NCBI GenBank assembly: GCA_038087875.1
Contig: CM075998.1
Coordinates: 1,056,001 to 1,116,000 of the forward strand
Source of the DNA: Malacoraja senta
Taxonomy: Eukaryota
Direction of reading: 5' to 3'
DNA: 60,000 nt
Shown: piece by piece, positions 37,412 through 50,522 of the stretch
Layout of the letters: the number at the start of each line of letters is the position of its first letter
Numbering within the stretch: position 1 is the stretch's first letter
The notes under the pieces: model-generated
What the model was told of the DNA's origin: nothing
Database searches by the model: none
Seen by the model: the letters and a program-made list of their open reading frames with translations, nothing else
Made by a program: the position numbers and the translations under genes

Positions 37412-38954
37412 CAGGGGCGGAAATCCCGGGGGGCCAGGGGGACACGTCCTCCCCCGCCTGTTTTGAGAGATGGGGGACGATCCCCCTCATTTTTTGTAAT
37501 CCAGATTTTAAAACTCGGTGAAATCTCCGCTTTCCCCGAGACAGTGGAGGTGGGACTGATGATCGAGGGCGCCGATTGGACGAGAGAGACGTCGGTCAGC
37601 AGGCAATGGGGGCGGGACCATGATGATTCAGCGCGATGATTGGAGGAGGGAGGTGTCGGTCAGAGGCGGAAGTAGGGGGGTGGGACTGAGGATAAAGCAC
37701 GGTGATTGGAGGAGGGAGACGTCCGTGGGTCAAAGATCAGAGCGGAGCTTGAATTGCATGCCCAGGTCATAGGTCACAAGCGAAAAACACTCTCGGCAAC
37801 CCTGGACATAGACCTGCGTCTCATCCGCAGCCAGGATGCATACATAGATACATAGAAATTAGGTGCAGGAGTAGGCCATTCGGCCCTTCGAGCCTGCACC
37901 GCCATTCAATACGATCATGGCTGATCATCCAACTCAGTATCCCGTACCTGCCTTCTCTCCATACCCCCTGATCCCTTTAGCCACAAGGGCCACATCTAAT
38001 TCCCTCTTAAATATAGCCAATGAACTGGCCTCAACTACCCTCTGTGGCAGAGAGTTCCAGAGATTCACCACTCTCTGTGTGAAAAAGTTTTTCCTCATCT
38101 CGGTCTTAAAGGATTTTCCCCTTATCCTTAAGCTGTGACCCCTTGTCCTGGACTTCCCCAACATCGGGAACAATCTTCCTGCATCTAGCCTGTCCAACCC
38201 CATAAGAATCTTGTACGTTTCTATAAGATCCCCTCTCAATCTCCTAAATTCTAGCGAGTATAAGCCAAGTCTATCCAGTCTTTCTTCATATGAAAGTCCT
38301 GACATCCCAGGAATCAGTCTGGTGAACCTTCTCTGCACTCCCCCTATGGCTATAATGTCCTTCCTCAGATTTGGAGACCAAAACTGTACGCAATACTCCA
38401 GGTGTGGTCTCACCAAGACCCTGTACAACTGCAGTAGAACCTCACTGCTCCTATACTCAAATCCTCTTGCTATGAAGGCCAACATACCATTCGCTTTCTT
38501 CACTGCCTGCTGCACCTGCATGCCTACTTTCAATGACTGGTGTACCATGACACCCAGGTCTCGCTGCATCTCCCCATTTCCTAATCGGCCACCAGGATTG
38601 ATCCCGGCTCTCCAATCGCTGCCGCACCGCCACTGGACCATCCCCGTCCCCACCCAAGTGCCTCCCCCACACCCGGGGGTGGCCAGATACGTTGGGAGTC
38701 AGACGGGAGTGGTGCCCCAGGCCCACAACCAGCACAGAGAAGCAGCACTAAATCTAGCTCAGCTCCGCGCTGGCTGTGGGCCTTACGCGATTTTTTTGGC
38801 GACTGCCGGCACCCGTCACTAATTACCATCCATAGGGCCCACGGCTGAAGCCTCCGAAGCCGTGTGTGTGTGTGTGTGTGTACATGCGCGCGTGGCCGCC
38901 AAGAAATTGTGTCCCCCGGTCCCCTCCATGTTTCGATAGCGACTTCCGTGCCTG
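37412..38954. mobile_element. hAT-like non-autonomous DNA transposon carrying a nested CR1
   Basis: Imperfect TIRs CAGGGGCGGAAATC / GACTTCCGTGCCTG; 8-bp TSD TGGCCTAG (37404-11) / TGGCCTCG (38955-62). Confidence 0.7.
37840..38591 (-). mobile_element. Young CR1 LINE 3' fragment
   Basis: Open frame QRDLGVMVHQSLKV...LVRPHLEYCVQFWSP...GEKAGTGY; (TCTATGTA)n tail; CCAGGAT on both flanks. Confidence 0.93.
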
Positions 38955-40038
38955 TGGCCTCGGAGGATAAGGTCCTAATGCAGGCAAATGGGATTAGCAT
39001 AGATGGGTAAAAAAGTCAGTATGGACTTGGTGGGCTAAAGGGCACATTTCTGAGCTGCACGACTCCATGACGATGACATGGTGGAATGAACGCATCACCT
39101 CAAGCCAACTGTCTGCCACCTTTGTCAGGTACCACCTGCCCCGCTAGGGAAGAGGCTGCCACTGACCTCATCAGCCACCTCAGAACCCACAGGATTGGAG
39201 AAGCCAGCGCACCTCAATCCTGTGGGACTGTTGGAGAAAACAGGTTCTTTGCACCTTCAGCAAAAAACAGGTTTGTCTAGGTTTTAATACTCACAGAAAT
39301 TCATCCTCAAACCAATCACTACAAAAATGGTTTTGGTTCAACTTTGCTTCCTTCATGAAAGGTGGGAACGCTGCAATCACATAACCAAACACTTCACCAG
39401 CTTTATGCATTCCAGTACTTCACCTGCTGTCAAGAGGCTTTGTTGAAACAATGTGGCACAAATAAAGAGGACAGAGCAAATAGTTTTTAAAAATAAGGTC
39501 TAGATAAAATGAAGTGCTCAATGTTTCCCCCCCCACCCACTTACACAGTACTTAAATGGCTAATTATACAAAAATTGAGCATATGCAGGGTAAAAGTTGT
39601 TCTCGCATTCAAAATGGTTCTCCAATTAGAAAAAAATAATAATTAGGATGCTAGTATCACAAAAGAAAAGCAGAAAATTGCAGGACATGTTCCCCTGTGT
39701 TCCCCATTCCCAACAGAGAAGCTTACAGAACCCAGCCCAGAAGGCAGCCATTTAGCTCGTCAGGTTTGAGCCAGCTCTTTCGAAGAAAGAAATGTAACAT
39801 AAAACTGCCAAATTCATAAGTTGTCAAACTACAGGGAAATAACGAGGTGAAAATTAGACTATTGTGTTCAGAGCTTGAGTGGACCCAATTGGTCGAATAG
39901 CCTTCCTCTCCTGTTATAGTAAGTGATTAAGTAAAGAAAAACTGTAATTTGACCAGCATCTGCAATGCTGGAGTTTCCAACCAATTTAGAAGAGATTACA
40001 CCAATGGTTGGAACTCAATAGGAAATCCAGCTGCTTAC

Positions 40039-40131
40039 CTTTCTTTTAATATCTGTAAACTGTGAAAACATCAGCGACCAGTAGAATGACAGCTCCATTA
40101 TGTAATAATAATACATGTCAAATTCCAGTTG
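40039..40131 (-). CDS. CERS5: CERS5 exon 6 equivalent (93 bp)
   Basis: [34 protein letters not shown] acceptor and GTAAG donor. Confidence 0.95.
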
Positions 40132-41234
40132 CTGTAGGAAAAGGAGAACAATTTTATTTGCCAATGTATAGTCTCATGCATAAAAGAAAAAGAGTCCCTG
40201 TATAAAACACAAATATCACGCTAATGAGAACCTTGAAATCACACGGTTGAACGCATCATATTTAGATCAGCCTTTTCTTTATAAAAAGTCAATATTGTTC
40301 TTAACTACATTAAAAACTGTAATTGATAGCTCTTATTGTATTGAGCCAGATTAAAACAGATATATTGATCATATTTCGCACTGTTGTATAAAAGGCTTTA
40401 TTGATCTCAAAAATTTCAAAAGGCTTCAATCTTTTTTTAAATATATAAAATGAGGGTTTGTGTCAGGGAGTTTTCCTTAAGTAACACAGGCTGGAAGTGA
40501 TTAAAGTGACCCTTTGCAGAGGAGAAATTTACTCCAGAACTTTGTTTTTTTCCTCTCGTTTGTATACCTTGGGTGTGCAAGCAAAGAATTTCACAGCTGG
40601 TGCTTTTAAAAAGCATTAAGATTCATAGTGCTCTTTTAAAAAAGTTTAGTGTCACATTCTTATGCCAGAGTTTTGAGGAATGATCAGCAACAGGTAACAT
40701 TAATGTGGCTTCTCTCCCCCATAGAAGTCATCTGACCTGCTGAATTTTCCCAGCATTTTATATTATTCCACGACTTTTGGGTAGGAAGGGTTTAGACGGG
40801 TATGGGCCAAATGCAGGCAAATGGCACTAGCCTAGTAGGCCAACTTGGGACGAATGCCTGTTTCTTTGCTGTACAGCTCTATGATTCAAGCCTAGATGGA
40901 GTTCAAATCTTGGTCCCCAGATGTAGAGGCAGGTAAAAGAATTCCATAGGATTTTTTTCAGGAAGGTCATTTAAAATATATTTGAATTTTTTTTAAATAG
41001 GGTTACATTATATAATCCTTTAAAAGGGCCCCACATTATAAATTAGTCTTGACTTATTAACACAAATCGGGTGCAGTTTTATTAATGACGTATTTGGCAA
41101 TAATAACCATAAGTAATTCCCAACCAGTAAATTCTGTTGCTTAATACTGGTTAACAGTGTTCAGTTCATGGGGAAAATGGCAAACTGCAGGACAGGAACC
41201 CAACAAGAACGACTCCAACTGTTGCACCAGTAAA

Positions 41235-41710
41235 GTATTGGTTAGACTGCACTTAAGAGTATTGTGTACAGTTCTAGTCACTGCACTACAGGATGTGGGC
41301 GAAATAGAAAGAAGAGATTCACCAGGAAGTTGCCTGGAATGGAGAGCTTTAAGTTACCAGAAAAGATTGGATTAGGGGGCTGGTTATATTCTTACCTGAA
41401 TGTTAGGGGCTGAGGGAGTGACTTTCATAAAATTATGAGGGGCTTGGATAGATAGTTTGTCAGTCTCTTTCCCAGAGTAGGAGAGTCCAAAATTAGAGGA
41501 CACAAGTTTAAGGGGGTGGTGGTTGACTGGAACGGGATGCCAGAGGTGGTTGTAGAGGCAGAAACAATATAAAGGCATTTCGACAGGTACTTAGTCAAGA
41601 AAGGCTTAGAGGGATACGGGGCTAATATATGCAAATGGGATTAGCAGAGATAGCCATCACAGTTGACAGTTGATGAGGTGGCGTGTTTCTATGTTGTACA
41701 ATTCTATGAC
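41235..41710 (+). mobile_element. Degraded CR1 3' fragment
   Basis: KVLVRLHL-YCVQF...KIMRGLDR...RVGESKIRGHKF remnants. Confidence 0.75.
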
Positions 41711-41735
41711 TGCACCTTCATTATTCGGCTCTCAC

Positions 41736-41786
41736 CTGATATGGGTAGTTGTACCAGCAATGCCGTGTGTCCCAGAACCAGGGAGC
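41736..41786 (-). CDS. CERS5: CERS5 exon 5 equivalent (51 bp)
   Basis: APWFWDTRHCWYNYPYQ; CAG acceptor and GTGAG donor. Confidence 0.95.
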
Positions 41787-44319
41787 CTGAAAGAAAGCAG
41801 AGGCATAGTTTGATTCCTCAGTGATCATTAGATTGGACTGGTCAATTTAGACATTAGAAATGCTCCCTACTTCAGCTGACCTCTTTCCAAACAGTTTCTC
41901 CCTAACAATTTTGCTTCAGCAACGCTTCAAGCCAGGGGCCAGTTGCATAGGCTCTTGGTTTCTCTTGGTTCACAGCCACCCCACTCAGTGAATTCACCCA
42001 CTGCACTAGGGGAGTCACACGTGCCCAACAAACTGGGATGAGGCAAGTTGATGCTACAGTAAAACCAAGCCTGTCTAGTCAGCCCTTTACACAAATGTTT
42101 GTGTTTTTAAAAATAACACATATGCCCAAAACCCTGGCCAGAGCTTGCATTGTATATTCAATCGAAAACACAATTTGAAAAGGCAACCATAACCAGGACC
42201 TATTATGACCCACATTGCTTTTTAATAGAGGAAGCAGTCTGCACCAGTCACCTCAGCAGTGAGGTGGTTGTAGATTTAAGCTGCGCTCTAGGATCACAGA
42301 ATCCAGGCTGATGCAGGAAAGCAGTACCGCGGCCATGTTGCAAGGATAGACGTGCTGTCCTTCAGACAAGATGTTGAAAGTGGCCCACAGGGAAAATCCC
42401 AGAGCAGAAATCTTGAGCAGTTTTCTGCCCCCCCAACACAAAAAGCATCCAGGCTAATACTTATCCATCCAAAGGACTATCTGGTTTGCTTGGCAAAAAA
42501 AAACATGACTGCTGCATTTCTTTATAATAATGCCAATTTTCAAAACAATGTTGAAAACCAAGCATCTGCAGCAAGACTGTAGAAAACCCACTACATCTGG
42601 ACAGACAGATGGGCAAAAAGGAGCTCCCTGCATGGCAGGAGCAGAAACTGCAGCAGCACTAATTTATTTTTGTTCAGACTCGTCACCATTCATGACCATA
42701 GGGAAGGCATTATGGATCTACAACAGGGAACCTCCCCCAAAATCCACCGCTAGAGTCAGGTCACGCTCCGAAGTGCTGACGCTCTTCCACAGTTCGGCGT
42801 TACAGAAATTTAGCAATTAGCACCTGGGGGAAACAATTAAAATGGCAGGTGGCAAAGCACAAGGTTGCTTTCCTTACTCAGCAATTAACTCAGCTCAGGC
42901 AAATGGAACAGGAAAGTGCACCATGTCTTTTAATGATCTTGGTGGAAGAGTTTAAACCCCATGGAGACAAAACGTTGAATGAGTGCAAAAATCAGAGGAC
43001 ATCACCGTGCCAGAGCCCCGCAGGAGGAAATGGAGGGACACTGGGTTAATTCCCAACTCCAAATCAAACCCAACTATGAGGAGGGCATGACAGTCAACGA
43101 GCCACATCACACGTTCGCCATCCTCTTCTGCAGAATGGCAGCTGGAACAGCGGAGACTCGAGAGCAGGTCATCTCCAGACCTACCTTGGCAGCTTGAGGA
43201 GATGCGTTGCCAGTGGGTCCAGCAGAGAGAACCAAAACAGGAGGCAAAATGAGCAGCCCGCCTAATGGTTTGGTATTCAGGAGCATGGTGCAGTCTAGAC
43301 CTGGCTTAGAATAGTTTGGAAAGTTTTATTCTCTGATCTGGCCCAAGTTGCTCAATCAGACACTTTGGCCTCATGCCTCCTGGACTAATGAGATGTATAA
43401 AGAGATATGGAAAGGGACTGAAATAAACAGGCTCAGGGATCAGAGTGTTTCTCGCTCGTATCCATAACCCAGAGCAGAAAGCCACAATGCTGAAGAGACT
43501 GAAATGGACAAAAGTTCATCTCGATCAAGAGGGCAACACAGAGGGTTTTAAGTCGACTGCCCGCTTGTTGTTAACATCTGGCAGCAACTGTGGGACAGAC
43601 CAATAAAATGCTAGGGCAAGGCACAACTCCGACTGCTTAGATAACAGCACATATTTTGTGCTACCGTTCAAGACAAACTTCCATGCCACAGATTGCATAG
43701 AGTTCTGCCTTTATTGTCACGTGACAGCTTCAGGAAAGCAGGGCAGCTCTTCAGCACAGGTCCTGCGGCACACTAGGGCTTCATCAATGCCGAATGAAAA
43801 CGGCCCCAAAGCCTGGACAACTGACTGTGCGAGGAACTGACGGGAGAAATGTCCTTTGAAAATCAAAGTGACACGCAAACACAAGGCAACTCGTGCACAC
43901 ATTGTGGCTCGATTGTACATTATGGGTGCAATTCTCTGCTAGAACCAATTATTGGGACCGATTTCAATGCACTGCTTCCTGGATAATACATTTCCTATTG
44001 TAGTTGGCTAAAGGTTTGTTATTGCAAACTTAATTTCACCTTGCACAGCATTCCAATCGTGGCCACAGGTCCAACTCAGTTAATGGTTCAATAGTACTTT
44101 ATTGTCACATGTACCCAAGTACAGTGAATTTATTTTATTTCCATACAGTTCAGAGACAAAAAAAAGCACCACCAGTTCCCTTCGAAGTAGATTCACTAAA
44201 ACAGCATTGGGAGTAAACAAAATACGTGGACAGGATACACAAAACACCTTGAATTAGCAGGTAGTGGGTAAATAAATAACCTTCCCTGCAGGTTTTCTGA
44301 TCTCTACCACCACCAATCG

Positions 44320-44495
44320 ATGCTGGATGATGGAAATAGAAACTGAAAGTGCTGGAAATATTCAGCAGGTTGGGCAGCATCTATGAAGAAAGAAACAGAG
44401 TTCAGGTCTTGGGCCTGAAATATTAACTCTGTTCTTCCTTCCACAGATGCTGATAAACCTGCTGAGTATTTCCAGCATTGTCAGATTTTATTTCA
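44320..44495. mobile_element. Older palindromic Penelope-derived repeat
   Basis: TGCTGGAAATATTCAGCAGGTT..CAGCATCT / AGATGCTG..AACCTGCTGAGTATTTCCAGCA inverted arms. Confidence 0.6.
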
Positions 44496-47400
44496 CCTTT
44501 CTACAAATGTTCCTCCCGACTGAGCTGTATTTCCTAATTGCTGCAGACTGAATGTTGAAATCAGGGCACAACGCTGCACCAGTACGCCTTATTTCTTTAA
44601 AGAAACTAGACTAGTACATGAGAAAAGAGAGTAGAGAGACGGACCAAGCAGATGGAACGGACAAGACTCCCAAGTAGTTGGGCTGAATGGCTCATTTTTC
44701 TTTTAAACTATGCTTCATTTTTTTCCGTCCTGCAACAGACAGTCTTTAAGCGAAAATAGAGCGTGCCATTTTTCTTGGTGCTCTGCATTACAGGCCTTGC
44801 ACCTACCATGCCACCTGTTTAGGCAGGTTGAACTATCTGTGGAATGCAGGTCAATGCTATGTTCAAGGAAAATTCAGTGGTGCAGAAGGCCAAAGATGTC
44901 TTGCGAAACAGAAATCGGGCTTTGCGCTATTGCATGGTGTGCAAAGTAAAAATCCAGAAAATCAGGTGCCAGTAGGAATGGACATCAGAATTCTAATATC
45001 GTAGAGAGGTTGAGCGACAGGTTGGTAGGAAGAGCAAGGCCAGATATCAGGATTGGTGATAACACACATGCATGGTTGGAGTATTGGTTAACAGGCACAT
45101 GATCAAACAGGAATAAACAAGTCATTTTTGGGTTGGGAGGCTGTGAGAAGTAGTGTGCGACAGGGATCGGTGCAGCAGTCCCAGACGTTCACAATCTACG
45201 ATCAAAGGTTTAGATGGGAGAAATCAAATGCAATACATCCTTACTAGCTGCAGCGCAAGAATTAAAAGCTGGTGGAGGAACCCCAGGAAGGGATAGTAAA
45301 GTATATTAAGTGACGAGATCCATCATTGGAGAGTTCACAGATTCCACAAGCTAAAAAATAAAGTTGATATTGGAAATCCCCAAAAAATAAAAAATGCTGT
45401 TAACAATGGAAGCTCACCCGAAACATTAACCTTGTTTCTTTTGCCACAGATACTGTCTATATTCAGAATCATGTTTTAATTCCTTTTTAAATAACACATG
45501 CAGATCTTGAGCATTGCAAGGACCTGCTTGTACACCAGAGGAAGGTGGGTAACAGGAGCAATGCACATGCGGACAGTAATCCCGGAAGTGGCGCCCATGA
45601 AAGTGGATACCACCCTTGGTGTCCGTCCACCCAACCGATATGTCCGGCGCACAAAGGAATTGGAAGGGAAAACAAATCCACAGGATTTATAAGCTCATTG
45701 CAAGTCCCTGATTTCTCATTGATTGAGCTGCGTGGCACGTAAACACATGGTGTTACATGATCCAAATTCTACCTCCATGTTTTATTCAGATAACGATCCA
45801 AGGTTGAAATTCAGCAAAGGTCAGCTCCAAGAATACAACTTGTATATTCTATACTGTCAGAAGATACAAGGAACTGCAGGTGCTGGTTTACAAAAAAAAA
45901 GACACAAAGCACTGGGGTAACTCAGTAGGCAGCATCAAAGATCTTTGGGCAGCATCTCTGGAGACATGGATAGGTGACATTCCGGATTGGGACTCATCTT
46001 CAGACTTTTTAATGATGGGCTCAGAACGTGATGTATGGGTGCAGGGGTACAAATCTAAAGCCTTTGCTGAGGACCGACCATTCTGCATCGGAAAGAGGAG
46101 GTTAGGGATGGTGGAAACCTGACGGGACAAGGGCTGGGGTCAAACCCAGGCTTGGAGGACAGAGGGAAGTGTGAGGGGTGGGGTGGGGGGGTTTGAAGTA
46201 GCAGCATGGCTAGCATTGAGGGAAATCATACAGTCTACTGTAAATTCTCAATATGAAAGAGTAGGAATTGCTAGATCTCTAGTCAAACAAAAAATAAGTT
46301 TCACAGATTGCAATGTTCCTAATTGAAGCAAGGATGCAAGTTTTGCCTTTGTCAAGTTGCAAACATTCCCAGGTCTGCTTGATCTGCTCTTCATTAAATT
46401 TTGCTTCACCTTCCTGTGGAAAGGCTTTCTTTTACAAAAAAAAGCCTGGAGATCAGCATCCGCGCACTCTACCACATTATTTAGCTATGTGTGGAATGGT
46501 AGCAATGAAGAGCAGATGACAAAGAAGTGGCTACACCAGCAGATTCTGAAAGGGAGATTAGTAACTGCATAACAGATCTAGATGTAGTGAAAAGTAATGC
46601 AAAACATTGCATTGTCTGGACTGGTCTGATCAGCCTTATTACTACCTGCTGTATCTTGAGGTGACATTCGCTTTGGCAGCTCCAGCATCCATTTGTAAAT
46701 ATAGAAAGGATTCTACTATTTGCTTTTGTTAATTTCTTCCCATCCCATGTTACTGCTTATAACAAAAACCCACAAATGGCTCTAGTTAACATCACAAAGA
46801 AAGGTGGGCCACTCCTCACATTGTGGGGCACCTCTCAGTGAAGACCAATCAACAGTGAAATTCATCACAGCCTTCAGTGCACCTGCATGGTCTTTGGCTG
46901 ACTGGGAAAACATGCATTTCAGAATCAAAATCACAAATCAGGCGTAAAATGCATGGCCTACAGGGCAGCGATGATCTCCTGTTTGATTTGGAGACTGTAG
47001 CAGCACCCGATTTGGCCGCAGTGCAATGATTATCTATTGAGGAAATGTGACCTCAAGCAGAAGTCAATGTCTCTGGGAGGGAAAGAGAATGTATAGCCCA
47101 TATTTTAAAAAAGCACTTTGAACCACAAACTGCTGGAGGAACTCTGCGGGTCAGGCAGCACCTATGGAGGGAATGCACAGATGATGTTTCAGGTTGGGAC
47201 TCTTCTTCAGACTCTACAGAGGGGAAGCAGTGAAAGAAGATTGTACATAACTCCCGTCAGATAGAGGGGAACTTCTTCAAACTAGGCAAGATTGCTCAAG
47301 ATTCCAGCATTTGGAGTATCTCGTGTCTCCACCATGAACCACAACCCTTCTTTGGTTTAGCCACTAAATTAACTGGGGAATTTGGGAAAGCAAGTTAAAA

Positions 47401-48349
47401 GTAAGCAGGAGCCACCCAGCACCATTAACTATTCAAACCTGACAAATTATGGCTTCTGATGGCTGCATAGGGATCCAGAAGGGACTGCTGCAAACTCTTT
47501 GCAGGATACACGGTGATTACAAACCAAATCACAGCTAATTTGCCAAATAGGATCTGGTATTGAACAGACAAGATTGTAGAGACTTCTTTACACAAATGTT
47601 GTACATGGACTCGGTAGAAAGGGAGGTTCTGCCCAGACTTGCTACGATAAATGCAGAGGAGAATTAACTGCAAACAAGACTCAACTTGAAGTGCTAAACT
47701 TGGGTTTGTAAATTTAAAAACATAGAAACACTGGAGATTACAAGACACTGGTTACAAGACATGGCTGATATTGTTTAAAAAACAAAATTAAAAGAAAATA
47801 GCAAAATGAATTGCACTGCTCGATTGCATTATCGGTAACCCTCAGAAAAGAGTTGTCTGAACACTTATATTGCAATGGTAGTGCTCCCTGGAATTCTTTT
47901 AAAACAAATTATTGCTTATTGGAAAAGTGAGACTCCAGTTCACAGCAGTGGCTTGGAAATTGGAAACTAAAGTATTGCAGCAGTCTCCTCATAATAAACA
48001 AGAAGTCTGGCATTAAATGCTGCATTTAGTTATTCTAAAGAGAAGTTAGTAATACCCTGGAGCCTCTGTTGTGTCGGTGCTCTTTGTGTTGTGGGAAAGC
48101 AAGCAAAACGCTGGAGTTAAAAACGGGTTCTGGAAGAACTCAGCTGGCCAAGCAGCATCTGTGGAGGCAGAGGCATTTCAGGTAGAGACCCTACATCACA
48201 ACCCAAATATTGGATTTGGTGGAGATAGTAAGGAGAAAGACAAAGAGAATAGTTGTACAACTCCTAAACATTCCCAGAATTTAAACCTTGGAGCTTTGAG
48301 TTTCTGCACTGGTTAGTAGATAAAGTTTCAGATCAACAATAATCAGCAC

Positions 48350-48712
48350 AGACACAAAATGCTGGAGTAACTCAGCGGGACAGGCAGCATCTCTGGAGAG
48401 AAGGAATGGGTGACGTTTTGGGTTGAGACCCTTCTTCAGACTGGTCAGGGGAGTGGGTGGGACAGAGATGGAATGTAGTTGGAGACAGTAAGACTGGTGG
48501 GAGAACTGGGAAGGGGGAGGAGATGGAGAGAGAGGGAAAGCAATGGATATTTGAAGTTGGAGAAGTCAATGTTCATACCGCTGGGGTGTAAGCTACCCAA
48601 GCAAAATACGAGGTGCTGTTCCTCCAATTTGCACTGGGCCTCACTCTGACAATGGAGGAGGCCCAGAACAGAAAGGTCAGATTAGGAATGGGAGGTGGAG
48701 TTAAAGTGCTAA
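48350..48712 (-). mobile_element. Penelope-like element 3' end (GIY-YIG C-terminus plus terminal repeat)
   Basis: Minus frame HFNSTSH...LGLLHCQSEAQCKLEEQHLVFCLGSLHPSGMNIDFSNFK, then CTGAAGAAGGGTCTCAACCCAAAACGTC (hammerhead-like core). Confidence 0.85.
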
Positions 48713-48767
48713 AGTAATTAACTTTAGCTAAAGTTAAAGTAATTAGCACTTATCAGCCTGTGTCTAT

Positions 48768-50522
48768 AGAGGTTGTAATGTAGAGTTTGTTTTAAAACAG
48801 ATTCAAAGAGTGTTAGTGTCTGTAGAGGAATGGGGGAACACATGGGGCTTTAAAATCTCTGCCTCTAAGACTAAATATATGGTATTTGGTTTTAAAAGAA
48901 AGTTACCTAAGTTAGGGCTGTATATGTATGGGTCTCTATTGGAGAAGGTAAAGGTTTTTAAGTTTTTGGGTGTTTGGTTTGAAGAGCGTATGACTTGGGC
49001 TGTGCATGTAGGTAAAATTGTGTTGAAGTGTGAAAAAGTTCTGAATGTTATGAGAAGTCTGGTTGGGTGTGAGTGGGGGGCCAACAGGGAGACAATGCTG
49101 CTAATTTATCAGGCCATGATCAGATCTTCTCTTGACTATGGGTGTTTTGTGTATGGGTCTGCGTCTAAAACTGTTCTGGCTAGGCTAGATGTGTTGCAGG
49201 CAAAGGCTTTGAGGCTTTGCTGTGGAGCCTTCAGGACTTCCCCAGTCCCTGCCTTGATTGTTGAAATGGGAGAAATGCCCTTATGGTTAAGGCGCATTAA
49301 GCTAGGGTTACATTACTGGGCTAAACTTTGTGGGTGTAATGATACCTTCCCAGCAAGAGGTTGATGATGGTAACAAATATAACACATTTTTTGTCATTAT
49401 AAATCAGTGGGCTAGGAAGCTGGGTTTGGAACAAGGGGGTATTATAGAGCATACAATAAGGCTACCTGTGCCCTATTGGGTTATTCCTGAACTGTTTATT
49501 GAGCTTGCTTTTCTTCAGGAAAAAGATAAGCGCGAGGTGACTCCAAGAATAGTGGAATATCTTAATTCAATCAGAGAGAGCACTTTGATTGTTTTTACAG
49601 ATGGATCTAAAGATCCAGTTAGTGGGAGAGCTGGGTTTGGAGTGTATGTGGAGCAGCTTGGGTTGAAGATTGGCCGGCGCATTTCTGATGGAAGTTCTGT
49701 TCTCACGACTGAATTAATGGCAATTCAATGGGCTCTATGGTGGATTGAGGAAGCCAGTTTTAGAGAAGTCATTATCTGTTCTGATTCTGCAGCTGCTCTT
49801 GAAACTTTAAGAGTAGGGAAATCTAAAGCTCGTCCTGACATTCTAAATGAAATCTTGAATGTGTTTTCTAGAATTGGGTTTGCGTGTAACATCATTTTTT
49901 GCTGGGTTCCCGGGCATGCTGGGGTGAGGGGGAATGAGCAGGTGGACCTCATAGCAAAGGAGAGTTTAAGAAGAGAAATAGATATCCATGTATCATTGGG
50001 GAGAGTGGAACGGAGAGAAATAATTAAAGAGGGCTTAAGAAAAGAATGGCAGAGAGGATGGGAAATGGAAGTCAGGGGTAGACACTACTTTTCTGTACAA
50101 TCTGAAGTTAGGAAAATATGTTTCTGTACATCTCTGTCCCGTAGGGACTCAGTTAAACTGTGTAGATTGAGGTTGGGACACTGTGGGTTAAATTACTATT
50201 TGTGCATTGTAGGGAAACATGTTTCTGGCTTGTGTGAATGTGGGAGTAATGAGACAGTTAAGCATGTTTTCCTAGAATGTAAAAAGTATAGGGTAGAAAG
50301 AAAAGTATTGTTTGTTAGACTGACAGGACTTGGAGTTGAGGGTTTTTCTGTTTTATCTTTGTTTGGACACAATGAGAAACATCAACTGATATCCAGGGCT
50401 GTTCTTCAATTCCTGCAAGTTACAGGACTGTATGTAAGAATTTAGTTCAAACTTTGACCTGTGGAGGGCAGTAATACGCTTAGCAGCGTCTACACTGCCG
50501 GAATCCTACAAGAAGAAGAAGA
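48768..50522 (+). mobile_element. I/Nimb-clade LINE, 5'-truncated (RT thumb, RNase H, CCHC)
   Basis: IYQAMIRSSLDYG; RNase H motifs VFTDGSK, ELMAI, SDS, WVPGHAGVRGNEQVD; CECGSNETVKHVFLEC; (AGA)n tail; 13-bp TSD AGCCTGTGTCTAT (48755-67 / 50523-35). Confidence 0.9.
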
